Positions 40,792 to 50,384 of a stretch of 64,000 bases of DNA are shown here, in pieces (position 1 is the first letter of the stretch; each line of letters begins with the position of its first letter). Under the pieces are notes generated by a model, which had not been told where the DNA came from, ran no database searches, and was given only the letters and a program-made list of their open reading frames with translations. The stretch comes from Ostreococcus lucimarinus. Taxonomy: Eukaryota. Made by a program: the position numbers and the translations under genes. The stretch lies in assembly GCA_000092065.1 (NCBI GenBank), contig CP000586.1; one strand, written 5' to 3'.

Positions 40792-40987
40792 CGTCTCGCG
40801 CCGTCCCGTCGCGTCGCACCTCGCGCGCGCGCGCCGTCGCGCGCCGTCGCGCGTCGCGCGCGCACCGCGCGAACGTCGCCGCGTCGCGGTCGCGCCGCTC
40901 GACGCCGTCGCGCGCGTCGCGCGCATGATTTGAATTCGCGCGGGAAAGTGCCGCGCGCGCGACAGTTCGCGACGCGACGACGCGCGC

Positions 40988-43453
40988 ATGCGAAGCGCCG
41001 CGCCGCGATCGACCGAATCGATCGCTGGACGCGCGAGCGCCGGACGCGCGAGCGCGAGCGCGAGCGCGCGCGCGCGCGGACGATCGACGATTCGAAGCGA
41101 ACAATCCATCGATTGCGCGCGACCGATGCGACGCGCGGTGGCGCGCGCGGTGCGAACGACGCGGTGCGACGCGGCGTGGACGATCGGCGGGACGACGGCG
41201 AGTCGGAGTCGAGGGGGAGCGGCGCGCGAGGTGCGGACGGCGGCGAGCGGATGGCCCGGGGACGGCGCGAACGGGACGGGTGGCGCGGGCGACGCGAAGC
41301 CAAAGGGCGCGAGCGTGCAGTGGTTGCGCTCGGGACAAGCGCCGACGCCGGGATCTGGGGGCGCGCGACCGACGCAAGGGCAAGGGATGATGCGAGGGCA
41401 GCCGATGGCGCCGCCGGCGCAGCGGGGACAGCCGGGACCGCCGCCGCCGCCGAGAGGCGCGGCGCCGGCGAACGGCGGACGTCCGCCGGCGAACGGCGGG
41501 GCGCAGAGGCCGCAGAGCGCGGGACAGAAGCCGCAGGGTAACGTAAATGGAGGTTCGGCGACGACGGCGCATTTCAGCACGCCCGCGCCGGTGGTGCATC
41601 GATCGAAGCCGGACGCCGAGGGCGAGTACGCGCAGCAAGGAAGCACGGGACCGCCCGGTTTGCGCGACGCGCTGATGGATCACCGCATCGTGCTGCAGAG
41701 CTACACCCCGGGTCAGCATCGAATCATTTGCCCGACGTGCAACGGTGGGTCCACGGGCGAGCGCTCGCTGGCCGTGCACGTAGAGGATGATGGGAAGAGC
41801 GCGGCGTGGATGTGCCATCGAGCCAACTGCGAGTGGTCTGGTGGCACTGGTATGGATGGGCGCACGCGCGCGTCCAAGGGCGCGGACGGCGCGACATCGA
41901 ACAGACGTGTGGCGAAACCCAAGTTGCCGGCGCCGGAGGACTTGCAGCGCATCGGACCGGGAGAAATGACGGCGGCGGCGACGAAGTGGGCGGAGATGCT
42001 CAAGTCGCGCGGCATCTCGCTCGAAACCGCCGAACGCAACGGTTTGGCGGTACAGAGTGTGTACTCCCCCATCGCGAGTGGTTACGTCGATGCTTTGTGC
42101 TTTCCGTACATGCGTGACGGAGAGTTGATCAACATCAAGTACCGCGGTCCGGACAAGACGTTTTGGCAAGTCAAGGGCGCCGAAAAGATCTTGTACGGCT
42201 TGGACGACGTGACTGGTGAAGAGGAAGTTATTCTCGTCGAAGGCGAGATGGATAAACTGGCGCTCGAAGAGGCAGGCTTTAAGAATGTGGTCTCGGTTCC
42301 GGACGGTGCGCCGGGCAAAGTGAAGGACGGCCCGACGCCTGCGCCCGAGGAGGACAAAAAGTACGAGTACCTTTGGAATTGTCGCGCGCAGCTCGACACG
42401 ATTTCTCGATTCGTCATCGCCACCGATTCCGATGGGCCAGGTCAGGCGCTTTCGGAGGAGCTCGCGCGACGCCTCGGGAAAGAGCGCTGCTGGCGCGTCA
42501 CCTGGCCCGAAGGCTGCAAGGATGCCAACGAAGCGCTTCAGAAAGAGGGCGCCGACGTCGTGCGCGAGTGCCTCACCACGGCTGAGGGCTTCCCTCTGCG
42601 AGGATTGTTTAGATTTTCCGAATTCGCGCCCGAAATTGAGTCGTATTTCAACATGACCACCGCGAACGAGCTTCGTGGCGTGTCTACGGGGTGGCGCAAC
42701 ATCGACAACAACTACAGAATCGTCCCGGGCGAGCTCACAGTCGTCACCGGCGTGCCGAATAGCGGTAAGTCAGAGTGGGTGGATGCGTTGATGTGCAATT
42801 TAGCGGTTCAGCACGGCTGGTCGTTCGCGCTTTGTTCTCTCGAAAACAAAGTGCACGAACACGCGAGAAAGTTGGTGGAGAAATACGTGGGAGAACCTTG
42901 GTTCGAAGGAAAATATTCGAAAGCGCCGCGAATGAATCCGGATACGATGCGCTCCGGGATGAAGTGGTTGAACGAGCATTTCGTGCTCATTCGTCACGAA
43001 GACGACGAACTTCCTAGTGTGGATTGGATCTTAGGATTGGCGCGCGCCGCGGTGTTGCGTCACGGCATCCGTGGGCTCTTGATCGACCCTTACAACGAGC
43101 TTGATCACAAGCGTCCCACGGGCCAAACGGAAACCGAGTACGTGTCGCAAATGCTCACTCGAATCAAACGGTTCGCTCAGCACTACGACGTCCACGTCTG
43201 GTTTGTCGCCCACCCGCGTCAGTTACACAACTGGAAAGGCGAAGCCCCGGGTCTGTACGACATCTCCGGCTCGGCGCACTTCATCAACAAGTGCGACAAT
43301 GGCATCGTCGTCCACCGTAATCGCGACGAAAAGCTCGGATCGCTTCGTGAGGTGACGATTAACGTTCAAAAAGTTAGAAATAAAGTCGCTGGCTCTATCG
43401 GCGACCCAAAACTCGAGTACAACGTCTCCAACGGTCGTTACGTCGACATCTAG
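40988..43453 (+). CDS. TWINKLE: Twinkle-type organellar DNA primase-helicase: zinc-finger plus TOPRIM primase, then a DnaB/gp4-like helicase.
   Basis: The primase zinc finger is CPTCNGGSTGERSLAVH...WMCHRANCEWSGG. A TOPRIM-like region is ILVEGEMDKLALEEAGFKNVVSVPDGA. The helicase Walker A is TGVPNSGKSEWVDAL and DnaB-like motifs include HVWFVAHPRQ. The N-terminus is long, low-complexity and presequence-like. Confidence 0.8.
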   Translation: MRSAAPRSTESIAGRASAGRASASASARARGRSTIRSEQSIDCARPMRRAVARAVRTTRCDAAWTIGGTTASRSRGGAAREVRTAASGWPGDGANGTGGAGDAKPKGASVQWLRSGQAPTPGSGGARPTQGQGMMRGQPMAPPAQRGQPGPPPPPRGAAPANGGRPPANGGAQRPQSAGQKPQGNVNGGSATTAHFSTPAPVVHRSKPDAEGEYAQQGSTGPPGLRDALMDHRIVLQSYTPGQHRIICPTCNGGSTGERSLAVHVEDDGKSAAWMCHRANCEWSGGTGMDGRTRASKGADGATSNRRVAKPKLPAPEDLQRIGPGEMTAAATKWAEMLKSRGISLETAERNGLAVQSVYSPIASGYVDALCFPYMRDGELINIKYRGPDKTFWQVKGAEKILYGLDDVTGEEEVILVEGEMDKLALEEAGFKNVVSVPDGAPGKVKDGPTPAPEEDKKYEYLWNCRAQLDTISRFVIATDSDGPGQALSEELARRLGKERCWRVTWPEGCKDANEALQKEGADVVRECLTTAEGFPLRGLFRFSEFAPEIESYFNMTTANELRGVSTGWRNIDNNYRIVPGELTVVTGVPNSGKSEWVDALMCNLAVQHGWSFALCSLENKVHEHARKLVEKYVGEPWFEGKYSKAPRMNPDTMRSGMKWLNEHFVLIRHEDDELPSVDWILGLARAAVLRHGIRGLLIDPYNELDHKRPTGQTETEYVSQMLTRIKRFAQHYDVHVWFVAHPRQLHNWKGEAPGLYDISGSAHFINKCDNGIVVHRNRDEKLGSLREVTINVQKVRNKVAGSIGDPKLEYNVSNGRYVDI

Positions 43454-43775
43454 GCTCGCTTTTAATCGAATCGTTCTTCTCACCTTTACGACACAGTCTT
43501 CGCGCCGCGGCGTTCGACGTCCCGGCGTCACGACGACCGGCGCACATCGCCTCGAAAACGCACTCGAGAGCTCGTAAAATCGAAACGGGGATACACTTAT
43601 GTTATTCTTTGCATTAACATGCGCTAACCTGCGCTAGTCTCTCGCCGTCGAACTTTGCAGCCGTCGCCGCGGAACCCTCGCCTGAAGAACCACCACCGCC
43701 GCTCGCGTCCGCTACCCGCGTCGCGCGCGCTCGCGGTCGATCTCGAGCGACGCGCGTCTGACCTAATCGTCGTCC

Positions 43776-44012
43776 TCACAGGCTCACGCCCGGAAAGCAA
43801 TGCTCGAACGTCTGTTTCGGGTGTTTATTATCGCTGTGCTCCTTCAGCTTAATCGGCGCGAGCGTGCACATGAAGCTCGCGCGGCACACTTGACACACCG
43901 TCGACATCGCCTTGGCGTTCGCCGCGAGCTGCGACCCCGCCCCGGCTTTCTGCGCCTTCTCCATCGCCTTCTTCCGCGCCGTCGCCGATTTTTGCGCGTT
44001 CCCTCCGCCCAT
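43776..44012 (-). CDS. Small 78-aa 4F5/ZNF706-like C2H2 zinc-finger protein (plant At2g23090-like). Not in the supplied ORF track as a separate entry.
   Basis: [78 protein letters not shown]. The MGGGNAQKS start and the C.VC...F.C....K.H...KHPK finger are diagnostic of this small conserved family. The ATG is at 44012-44010 on the minus strand. Confidence 0.65.
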   Translation of the reverse strand: MGGGNAQKSATARKKAMEKAQKAGAGSQLAANAKAMSTVCQVCRASFMCTLAPIKLKEHSDNKHPKQTFEHCFPGVSL

Positions 44013-45267
44013 GATGCGTCGTGATGTGCGACCGGCGCCGCATTTCGCGCCTCGCCTCGCCGTCGACATGCGCGCGGTGCTCGAGCTGACGCGCAGACGC
44101 GCGAGAAACGCTCGTTTCGCGCGCGCGCGCGCCGTCGTCGGCGCGAGAGCGCGCGCGGCGGACGCGCAGGAGCTTCGGGACGACTCGAAGGGGGGCTCGA
44201 GCGTGGATAAAGCGACGTCGACGGCGGCGGAGGCGCGCGAGACGGCGCACACGCTCGAGGGATTTCGCGAGGCGCTGAGGCACGGACCGGGATTCGATGA
44301 CTTCGTGCGAGGCGACGTGGCGTACAGCGTGCCGGCGCCGAAGAGCCTGAAGGATAAGACGACGCGTAAGCCCGCGTGGCTGAAGCGCGAGGTGCCGGGG
44401 GGCGAGCGGTACACGGAGATAAAGTCCAAATTGCGCGAGCTGAAGCTGGCGACGGTGTGCGAGGAAGCGAAGTGCCCGAATTTGGGCGAGTGCTGGGGGG
44501 GCGGGGACGGGAAGACGGCGACGGCGACGATCATGATCATGGGCGACACGTGCACGCGAGGGTGCCGGTTTTGCGCGGTGAAGACGGCGAAGGCGCCGCC
44601 ACCTTTGGATAAGGATGAACCGGCGAACGTGAGCAAGGCAATCGCGGCGTGGGGATTGGATTACGTCGTGCTGACGAGCGTCGATCGGGACGATATCGAG
44701 GATCAAGGAGCGGGGCATTTTCGGGAGACGGTGCAACGTCTCAAGGCGTCTTGCGACGTCTTGGTCGAGGCGTTGACGCCGGATTTCAGGGGCGAGAAGC
44801 ACTTGGTCGAGCTCGTGGCTACTTCAGGCTTGGATGTTTTCGCGCACAACGTCGAGACGGTTCCCGAGCTTCAACGCGACGTCCGTGATCGACGGGCGAA
44901 CTGGGACCAATCCATCGAGGTTTTGAAGCACGCGAAAAAGTCGGGGGCGAAAATCACGAAGACGTCCATCATGCTTGGTCTCGGAGAGACGCATGAGCAA
45001 GTCGTCAACGCGCTGAAATTACTTCGTGAGGCTGACGTGGACGTTGTGACGTTTGGTCAGTACATGCGACCGACGAAGAAACACTTGGCAGTCGTCGAAT
45101 ACGTCACCCCGGAGGCGTTCAAGCGGTATCAGGAAATCGCCGAAGAAATGGGCTTTCTGTACGTCGCCTCCGGCGCAATGGTGCGATCGTCGTACAAGGC
45201 TGGCGAATTCTTTTTAGCGAATGTCATTAAACAGCGCAAAGCGAAGGAAGCTGCGGCAGCGAACTAA
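44011..45267 (+). CDS. LIPA: Lipoyl synthase (LipA/LIAS) with a presequence. An alternative start is at 44068.
   Basis: The two radical-SAM / auxiliary cluster motifs are [16 protein letters not shown] and [12 protein letters not shown]. LipA conservation runs to the C-terminus. The 43912 start of the ORF track is TTG; in-frame ATGs are at 44011 (MMRR...) and 44068 (MRAVLEL...). Confidence 0.85.
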   Translation: MMRRDVRPAPHFAPRLAVDMRAVLELTRRRARNARFARARAVVGARARAADAQELRDDSKGGSSVDKATSTAAEARETAHTLEGFREALRHGPGFDDFVRGDVAYSVPAPKSLKDKTTRKPAWLKREVPGGERYTEIKSKLRELKLATVCEEAKCPNLGECWGGGDGKTATATIMIMGDTCTRGCRFCAVKTAKAPPPLDKDEPANVSKAIAAWGLDYVVLTSVDRDDIEDQGAGHFRETVQRLKASCDVLVEALTPDFRGEKHLVELVATSGLDVFAHNVETVPELQRDVRDRRANWDQSIEVLKHAKKSGAKITKTSIMLGLGETHEQVVNALKLLREADVDVVTFGQYMRPTKKHLAVVEYVTPEAFKRYQEIAEEMGFLYVASGAMVRSSYKAGEFFLANVIKQRKAKEAAAAN

Positions 45268-45323
45268 TGTTTTATCGTTAGAACTTCTTGTACAATACGA
45301 GCGAAAGAGTTGCAGACCATTCA

Positions 45324-46232
45324 CTACACGCGACACCGCGCAATGTGACGAATCAGATCGGTTTCGTCGTCGACGAAATAAATTTCACGAATCTTCACCG
45401 TGAGAAGCAAGATTTTGAACGTGTAATTGATGTGCCAAGTCGACCACTCGCGCTCATTCGGCGCCCGGCCTTTGTAATTCGGGCCGTCGACGCTGCATTT
45501 CATGTACTTGAGCGTTCTTCCGTCGCCACGCGTGCTCGCGCCTCGCATGCGCGTCGACATGCGGCGAACGGATTCATTCAAACTCAATACAACTTCTTCT
45601 TTCCCTTTGAAATAATCACCGTGCACGTTCAAGTAATCTACGTCGTCGGAGAACAGCGCGCCGATTTCCTCCGCCGACGCCCACTCAAAGTCTTGATTTT
45701 GGATTGCGAATCCGAACGCTTTGGACAGCGCCTTTGGCCCTTTCGGCTCCTCGCGCGCGGTCAACCGCGTGGTAGCTTCCGACGAGGGTTTCGGCATCAG
45801 CGCGGGTAAGCTTTTCAAGTACGCAAACTTCTTCTCCGTCTCCTCGTCCAAACCTTGCTCGATCATAAACTTGGCCGCGTTGCGAACGGTTTCGTTCGAG
45901 GATTTCAACGCCTCCACGACCGTCGGATGAAGCTCATTCGACGGCTTCCTTTTCACGCGTCGTTTACCGTTCGTCCCATCGCGATCGTCACCGTCGACGC
46001 GCGTTCTCGTGAGTTCCAACGGATCAAACTTCGCCGCGACGTCCTCCGCGCGTTCGCGTTCGCCCTCGCCCTCGTCGAGCTCCTCCGCGGAGTCCCTCGT
46101 GGACGACCGACGCACTCGATCCTTCGTCGCGACGTCGCGTCTCGTCGACGCCGCGTCCGCGGCATCCGCGACGCGCTCGTTCGCCCCGTCGTCGTCCGCG
46201 ACCGCGCGTTCGACGCTCGCGCACGCCCCCAT
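45324..46232 (-). CDS. Hypothetical protein of 302 aa with an N-myristoylation-type start (MGACAS) and an acidic N-terminal half.
   Basis: This is the C-terminal part of the 563-aa ORF of the ORF track. The upstream part is antisense to the DUSP gene and Arg-rich junk. The first sensible ATG (MGACASVERAV...) is at 46232, confirmed as cat at 46230-46232. The C-terminal domain is non-repetitive (...DYLNVHGDYFKGKEEVVLSLNESVRRM...WHINYTFKILLLTVKIREIYFVDDETDLIRH). Confidence 0.45.
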   Translation of the reverse strand: MGACASVERAVADDDGANERVADAADAASTRRDVATKDRVRRSSTRDSAEELDEGEGERERAEDVAAKFDPLELTRTRVDGDDRDGTNGKRRVKRKPSNELHPTVVEALKSSNETVRNAAKFMIEQGLDEETEKKFAYLKSLPALMPKPSSEATTRLTAREEPKGPKALSKAFGFAIQNQDFEWASAEEIGALFSDDVDYLNVHGDYFKGKEEVVLSLNESVRRMSTRMRGASTRGDGRTLKYMKCSVDGPNYKGRAPNEREWSTWHINYTFKILLLTVKIREIYFVDDETDLIRHIARCRV

Positions 46233-46523
46233 CGCGCGCGTCGCGTCGCGCCCTCGCCGAACGTCCTTTCGTCTTCCGACCACCCTCGCGCGACGCGCGG
46301 CGCGCTCGAGCTCGCGTCGCGCGCGCGGGACGCCGCGAACGCGCGCGCGCGCGTTTCTATCGCGCGTCGCGCGCGCGCGGCGTCGAGAGAAACGCGCGCC
46401 TCGGGCGTGACGACGCGCGTCGGACGCGCTAACATCCAAGAACGTTCCGAAACGCTCGCGCGGCACTTCGCGACGCCCGCGCGCGGACGCGCGACCGCGT
46501 CGCGCGAACGCGTCGCGCGGTCG

Positions 46524-47258
46524 ATGCTGGCCGACGTCGCGCACGCGCGATCGGCGTACGACGCGATCAAGGCGCTCGTGCTCCGCGACGGCGCGCGTCG
46601 AGGCGACGGCGTGTCGAGGGTGTTGAGCCGCGGCACGCGCGGCGACGGCGACGGCGACGCGCGCGCGCGCGCGATGGATAAATCGACGCAAGACGCGAGA
46701 GTGAAGGCGCTGTTCGCCGCGCTGCTCACCGCGCGGTCGGTGAAGAACGACTCGCGCGCGGTGGAGGTGACGAAGGGCGTGTACATCGGGAGCGTGGGCG
46801 CGGCGAAAAACGTCGAGGCGCTGCGCGAGCTCGGCGTCACGCACGTGTTGACCGCGTGCGGTGGAATGCCGCGCGAGGGGTTCTATCCCGATGATTTCGA
46901 GTACGCCACGTGCGCGGTGGACGATAAGCCCGACGCCGCGATCGATGAACACTTTGACCGATGCTTCGACTTCATTCGCGACGCGCTCGCGCGAGACGGA
47001 AAGGTGTTGGTGCACTGCTTTCAGGGTAAGAGTCGAAGCGCGACGATTTGCGCCATGTACATGATGCGCGCGCTCGGCATGGATTTAGACGAGGCGATGA
47101 CCGCCATTCGTGAGGTGCGGCCGTGCGCGCAGCCGAACTCCGGGTTCATTCGAGCGTTGCGAGCGCTCGAGCGCTCGCTCGCCGCGCGCTCCGTTCCGAG
47201 CGGCGACGAGTCGCCGAAGAAGAAGACCAAGACGACCGCGCCGACGCGCGCGCGCTGA
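46524..47258 (+). CDS. Dual-specificity protein phosphatase (DUSP).
   Basis: The active site VHCFQGKSRSATICAMYMM matches the HCxxGxSRS P-loop. It is preceded by a ...VTKGVYIGSVGAAKNVEALRELGVTHVLT DUSP fold. The upstream part of the ORF-track ORF is Arg-rich antisense of the neighbouring gene. The first ATG is at 46524. Confidence 0.7.
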   Translation: MLADVAHARSAYDAIKALVLRDGARRGDGVSRVLSRGTRGDGDGDARARAMDKSTQDARVKALFAALLTARSVKNDSRAVEVTKGVYIGSVGAAKNVEALRELGVTHVLTACGGMPREGFYPDDFEYATCAVDDKPDAAIDEHFDRCFDFIRDALARDGKVLVHCFQGKSRSATICAMYMMRALGMDLDEAMTAIREVRPCAQPNSGFIRALRALERSLAARSVPSGDESPKKKTKTTAPTRAR

Positions 47259-47404
47259 GCGCGCGCCGATCGCCGATGCGATAGCGCACGGAATTAGCCT
47301 CTCTCACCCACGGTCGAGATTGTGTACTCGTAGAAAGTAGGAAATTGACGTTGTAGCGAGCAGTCGCCCGCGCGAGCCAGACACAAGATGTTCACTCTCG
47401 ACGA

Positions 47405-50311
47405 ATGCACCGCCGCAGTGGCCGGCGCGCGCGGCGCGCGGTCGACATCGCGCTGGCAGGCGTCGCGGTACGAATGAAGTACGCGATGGCGACGCCCGAG
47501 CCGCCGCCGAACGCGCCGATACCGCGCACGGCGACGCTGAACGTCACCGATCGAGACCAATGGGACAGAATCTCGAGCGCGATCCTTTCCGGCGCCGGGC
47601 CGCGCGACGCAGGCGACGACGCGCTGAACGTGGAGCGGAAAGCGATGGCGAAAGAACTAGCGGCGATGCGTCGGTACGTCAAAGAGCTGGAGATCGAGCG
47701 GGAGGCGAGCGAGGAGCGGGCGGCGCAGAGAGAGCGGGACGCTCGGGACGCGGAGCAGCGCGCGAACGCGGGAGACGCGAGAAACGCGGAGAGGCTGGCT
47801 ATGAAGGAGCTCGAGATGACGCAGCGAGAGCGTGAACTGATCTTAAGAGAGGAGGAAGTCGACGCGCGGGCGCGGGCGACGGAGGACGCGGAGGTTTTTG
47901 AGGCGAATTTGAAGAGACGCGCGGCGCGTTTGGACGAACGCGAGCGAGCGATGCGAAACGCGAGGGATGATTTAGATTTACGGGACGATCAACTCACGGA
48001 AGCGATCGTCGGGCTCGAGCGCGAAAATGAGGCTGTGCGTCGCGAGACGGCGGCGATGGAACGCCGTCGCGAGGAGATTGTCCGCGAGCTCACGGATCGG
48101 GAGGTGGGCGTATTGAAGCGCGAGGAGAGCGCCACGGAACGTGAGCACGAGTTGCGCGTGGTGGAGGGGCGTTTAGGAGCGCTGAAGGAACGCGCTTCGG
48201 ACGAAGAGGCGCGGTTGAGGCGCGCGATAGAGCGCGCAGACGCGGCAGAGAAGCGAGAGGCGGACGTCGCCAGGCGACTTCACGAACTTGAAAACGACGA
48301 GCAGCGCGTGCGGACGAATTTGCGAGAGGTGCAGGCCGATGTGGGGCGCGCTGTCGACGTCAAGGCGAGCGCGCAACGCGAAACGGATGCGTTGAAGAAG
48401 GACGTCGAAATATTGCGCGGAGAACTCAGCGCGCTTACGGCTGAAAAGGCGCGACAAGTGCAATTCATCCAGAGCGTACGCTCCGATTTAGACGAGCGCG
48501 AGCGCGAAACTGCGGACGCGGCGGAAATCGCGGCGAACGAGTGCGAAGCCATCGCCGTTGCGTGGGACGAAATTGAAAGCATGCGCTCTGACTTGGAGCG
48601 TCAAGAAAAGATGATCGAAGACACGGCGGCACAGTTGGAAGAAAACGTCAAGGCGTTTGACCGCGACGCCACGGCGATGCGCGAGCGTCAGGAGGAAAAC
48701 GAGCGAAAGCTCGATGAGTTGCGCGAACACGAGGAGTTTTTACGTCGATTAGCGAGCGAAAACGAATCAAAGGCGCGCGAAGTCTCGACGCTCGAAGCGG
48801 AGATCGCCGAGCGACTCCGCGACGTGGAGGCGCGAGAGGCGGAAGTAGCCGAATGGAGGCCGCAAATTGACGAGTTCAAGTCAAAACGAGTGGACATCGA
48901 GGCGCACGCGGCAGCGATCGAAACAGCCAAGACGCAACTCGTCGAGCTGAGCGCTCGTGAGAAAGAGCTCGAAGAGAAAGAGTTACAGCTCGAGCGACGC
49001 GAAGAGGCGGCGGCTCGTCAGTTGAGCGCCGCGGCTGAAGCGGAGGTAATCTTGAATGAAGAAAACGCCAAGTTGGAGCAAAAGCTGCAAGAAATGGCGC
49101 CGAACTTGATCGCCGCTGAGCTCGAACGCGAAGTGGTCGAATTAAAGATGGAGCTCGAACGCACGAAAGCCGCAGCGAACGCCGTGATGGCGAACGCGGA
49201 CATGGAGCGACGACGCCGCGAGGAAGAAGAATCTTCCAGCGGCGCCGCCGCCGGCGACGCTGACCCTTTTGCCGCGGTCGGTGAGGAGAAAATTCGTCAA
49301 GAGGAGCGCGCGCGCGCAGAACAAGTCCTTGAGTCTAAGACGGCGGCGCTCTTACGCGCGAACGCGCTTCTAGATGCGAGAGAAAATGAGCTCGCCAAGC
49401 GCGAATTCGCGTTGACGGATGAGCTTGAACGACTCGAGCACGATACTGCGCGCCTGTTGACGCTACAAGACGAAGTGAACGAGCGAATGAAGGACGTGCT
49501 CGAGGTCGAGATGCACGGCATCGGCGGTGAGCCGCGCAAACGGCGAGAAGACGCGTCGGACTACGCGACCGTCGCCAACGCCGAGCGTCACGCGGCGACC
49601 ATTCTCGCCGACGCGGAGGAGGTGCGCCGAACCGCGCGCGCCCACCTCGAGGCCGCTACGGCTACCGCACAAGCCGCGCGGGCGATCAACGACGCATGCG
49701 AGTCCAGCGAAAGAGAAGGCGCGGCGACGATAAAGCGCGTATCCGCCGTCGTGGCCTCGGCAATTCAGGCGGCGAAGCGACAGGGCGACGAATTACGCGC
49801 CCGCCGCGAGCAAGCCTCTACGTCCGTCGTCGCGCTCGATCGCGACGCCAAGATTGATTTACTCGACGCTCAACTCGAGTACGTCGCCAAGGCCAAGGCT
49901 GACCTCGACCGCCGCGAGGCGTCCATACGAAGCGACTCGTTCGCCGCGGCGTCTCGCCGTCGCGCCGACGCCGCGACGTCCAACGACGAGCTCTCCTCCC
50001 GAGCCCGAACCGCGCGCCTTCGCGAGGAAGTCCACGGCGCCGCCGAGCATCTTCTCGAGTGTTTGTCTCAGGGCGAGACCGCGCTCGCGCGAGCCGACGC
50101 CGTGCTCCACGCGCCTCGCGTCTCCGAGCTCCGTCTCAAGCTCGCCGGATTACTCGGCGTCGCCGATCGTCTCGCGCGCGCGCGCGTCGACGTCTCCGGC
50201 GACGACACCGAAGAGGACATTTTATCCGATCGTCTCGCCGCGTTAGAGCACGAGATTCGTCGCGCCGGCGGTTGGTTCGAGGACTTGCGTCGCGCCGTTC
50301 GCGAGGTGTAA
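47405..50311 (+). CDS. Long coiled-coil protein, extremely Glu/Arg/Ala-rich. Family unknown.
   Basis: 968-aa ATG ORF made of heptad-like ERE/ARE repeats: LEIEREASEERAAQRERDARDAEQRA, ELEEKELQLERREEAAARQL. There are no globular motifs. Most apparent antisense ORFs on the opposite strand are artefacts of its composition. Confidence 0.55.
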   Translation: MHRRSGRRARRAVDIALAGVAVRMKYAMATPEPPPNAPIPRTATLNVTDRDQWDRISSAILSGAGPRDAGDDALNVERKAMAKELAAMRRYVKELEIEREASEERAAQRERDARDAEQRANAGDARNAERLAMKELEMTQRERELILREEEVDARARATEDAEVFEANLKRRAARLDERERAMRNARDDLDLRDDQLTEAIVGLERENEAVRRETAAMERRREEIVRELTDREVGVLKREESATEREHELRVVEGRLGALKERASDEEARLRRAIERADAAEKREADVARRLHELENDEQRVRTNLREVQADVGRAVDVKASAQRETDALKKDVEILRGELSALTAEKARQVQFIQSVRSDLDERERETADAAEIAANECEAIAVAWDEIESMRSDLERQEKMIEDTAAQLEENVKAFDRDATAMRERQEENERKLDELREHEEFLRRLASENESKAREVSTLEAEIAERLRDVEAREAEVAEWRPQIDEFKSKRVDIEAHAAAIETAKTQLVELSAREKELEEKELQLERREEAAARQLSAAAEAEVILNEENAKLEQKLQEMAPNLIAAELEREVVELKMELERTKAAANAVMANADMERRRREEEESSSGAAAGDADPFAAVGEEKIRQEERARAEQVLESKTAALLRANALLDARENELAKREFALTDELERLEHDTARLLTLQDEVNERMKDVLEVEMHGIGGEPRKRREDASDYATVANAERHAATILADAEEVRRTARAHLEAATATAQAARAINDACESSEREGAATIKRVSAVVASAIQAAKRQGDELRARREQASTSVVALDRDAKIDLLDAQLEYVAKAKADLDRREASIRSDSFAAASRRRADAATSNDELSSRARTARLREEVHGAAEHLLECLSQGETALARADAVLHAPRVSELRLKLAGLLGVADRLARARVDVSGDDTEEDILSDRLAALEHEIRRAGGWFEDLRRAVREV

Positions 50312-50384
50312 TTTAACCAACTCTCTCCGCGCGCCGGGCGCTGCCATCGTCAAAAGTCGACGCCTCGCGACCGCGCGCGGCGCG

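Noticed and set aside
40340-42169. The 609-aa minus-strand ORF and the N-terminal 285 codons of the 457-aa ORF, both antisense to Twinkle.
   Set aside because: Composition is Arg/Pro/Ala runs only. The plus strand carries an unmistakable primase-helicase. Only the 3'-most 172 codons, outside Twinkle, were kept as a candidate gene.
10801-45267. Possibility that the SecA / Ycf4 / LipA / PreP cluster is a bacterial or plastid-genome fragment or operon.
   Set aside because: Each gene carries a long Arg/Ala/Ser-rich N-terminal presequence and has nuclear-type high GC3. They are interspersed with strictly eukaryotic genes (XRN, midasin, CHD, eEF3, TBCC). They are on different strands with eukaryotic-style flanks, and no Shine-Dalgarno or operon organisation is present.
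45324-47258. The full-length 563-aa (-) and 467-aa (+) overlapping ORFs.
   Set aside because: Each is half real gene and half antisense of the other. The real genes are the N-myristoyl-type protein (45324..46232, -) and the DUSP (46524..47258, +), each beginning at the first ATG that precedes recognisable sequence.
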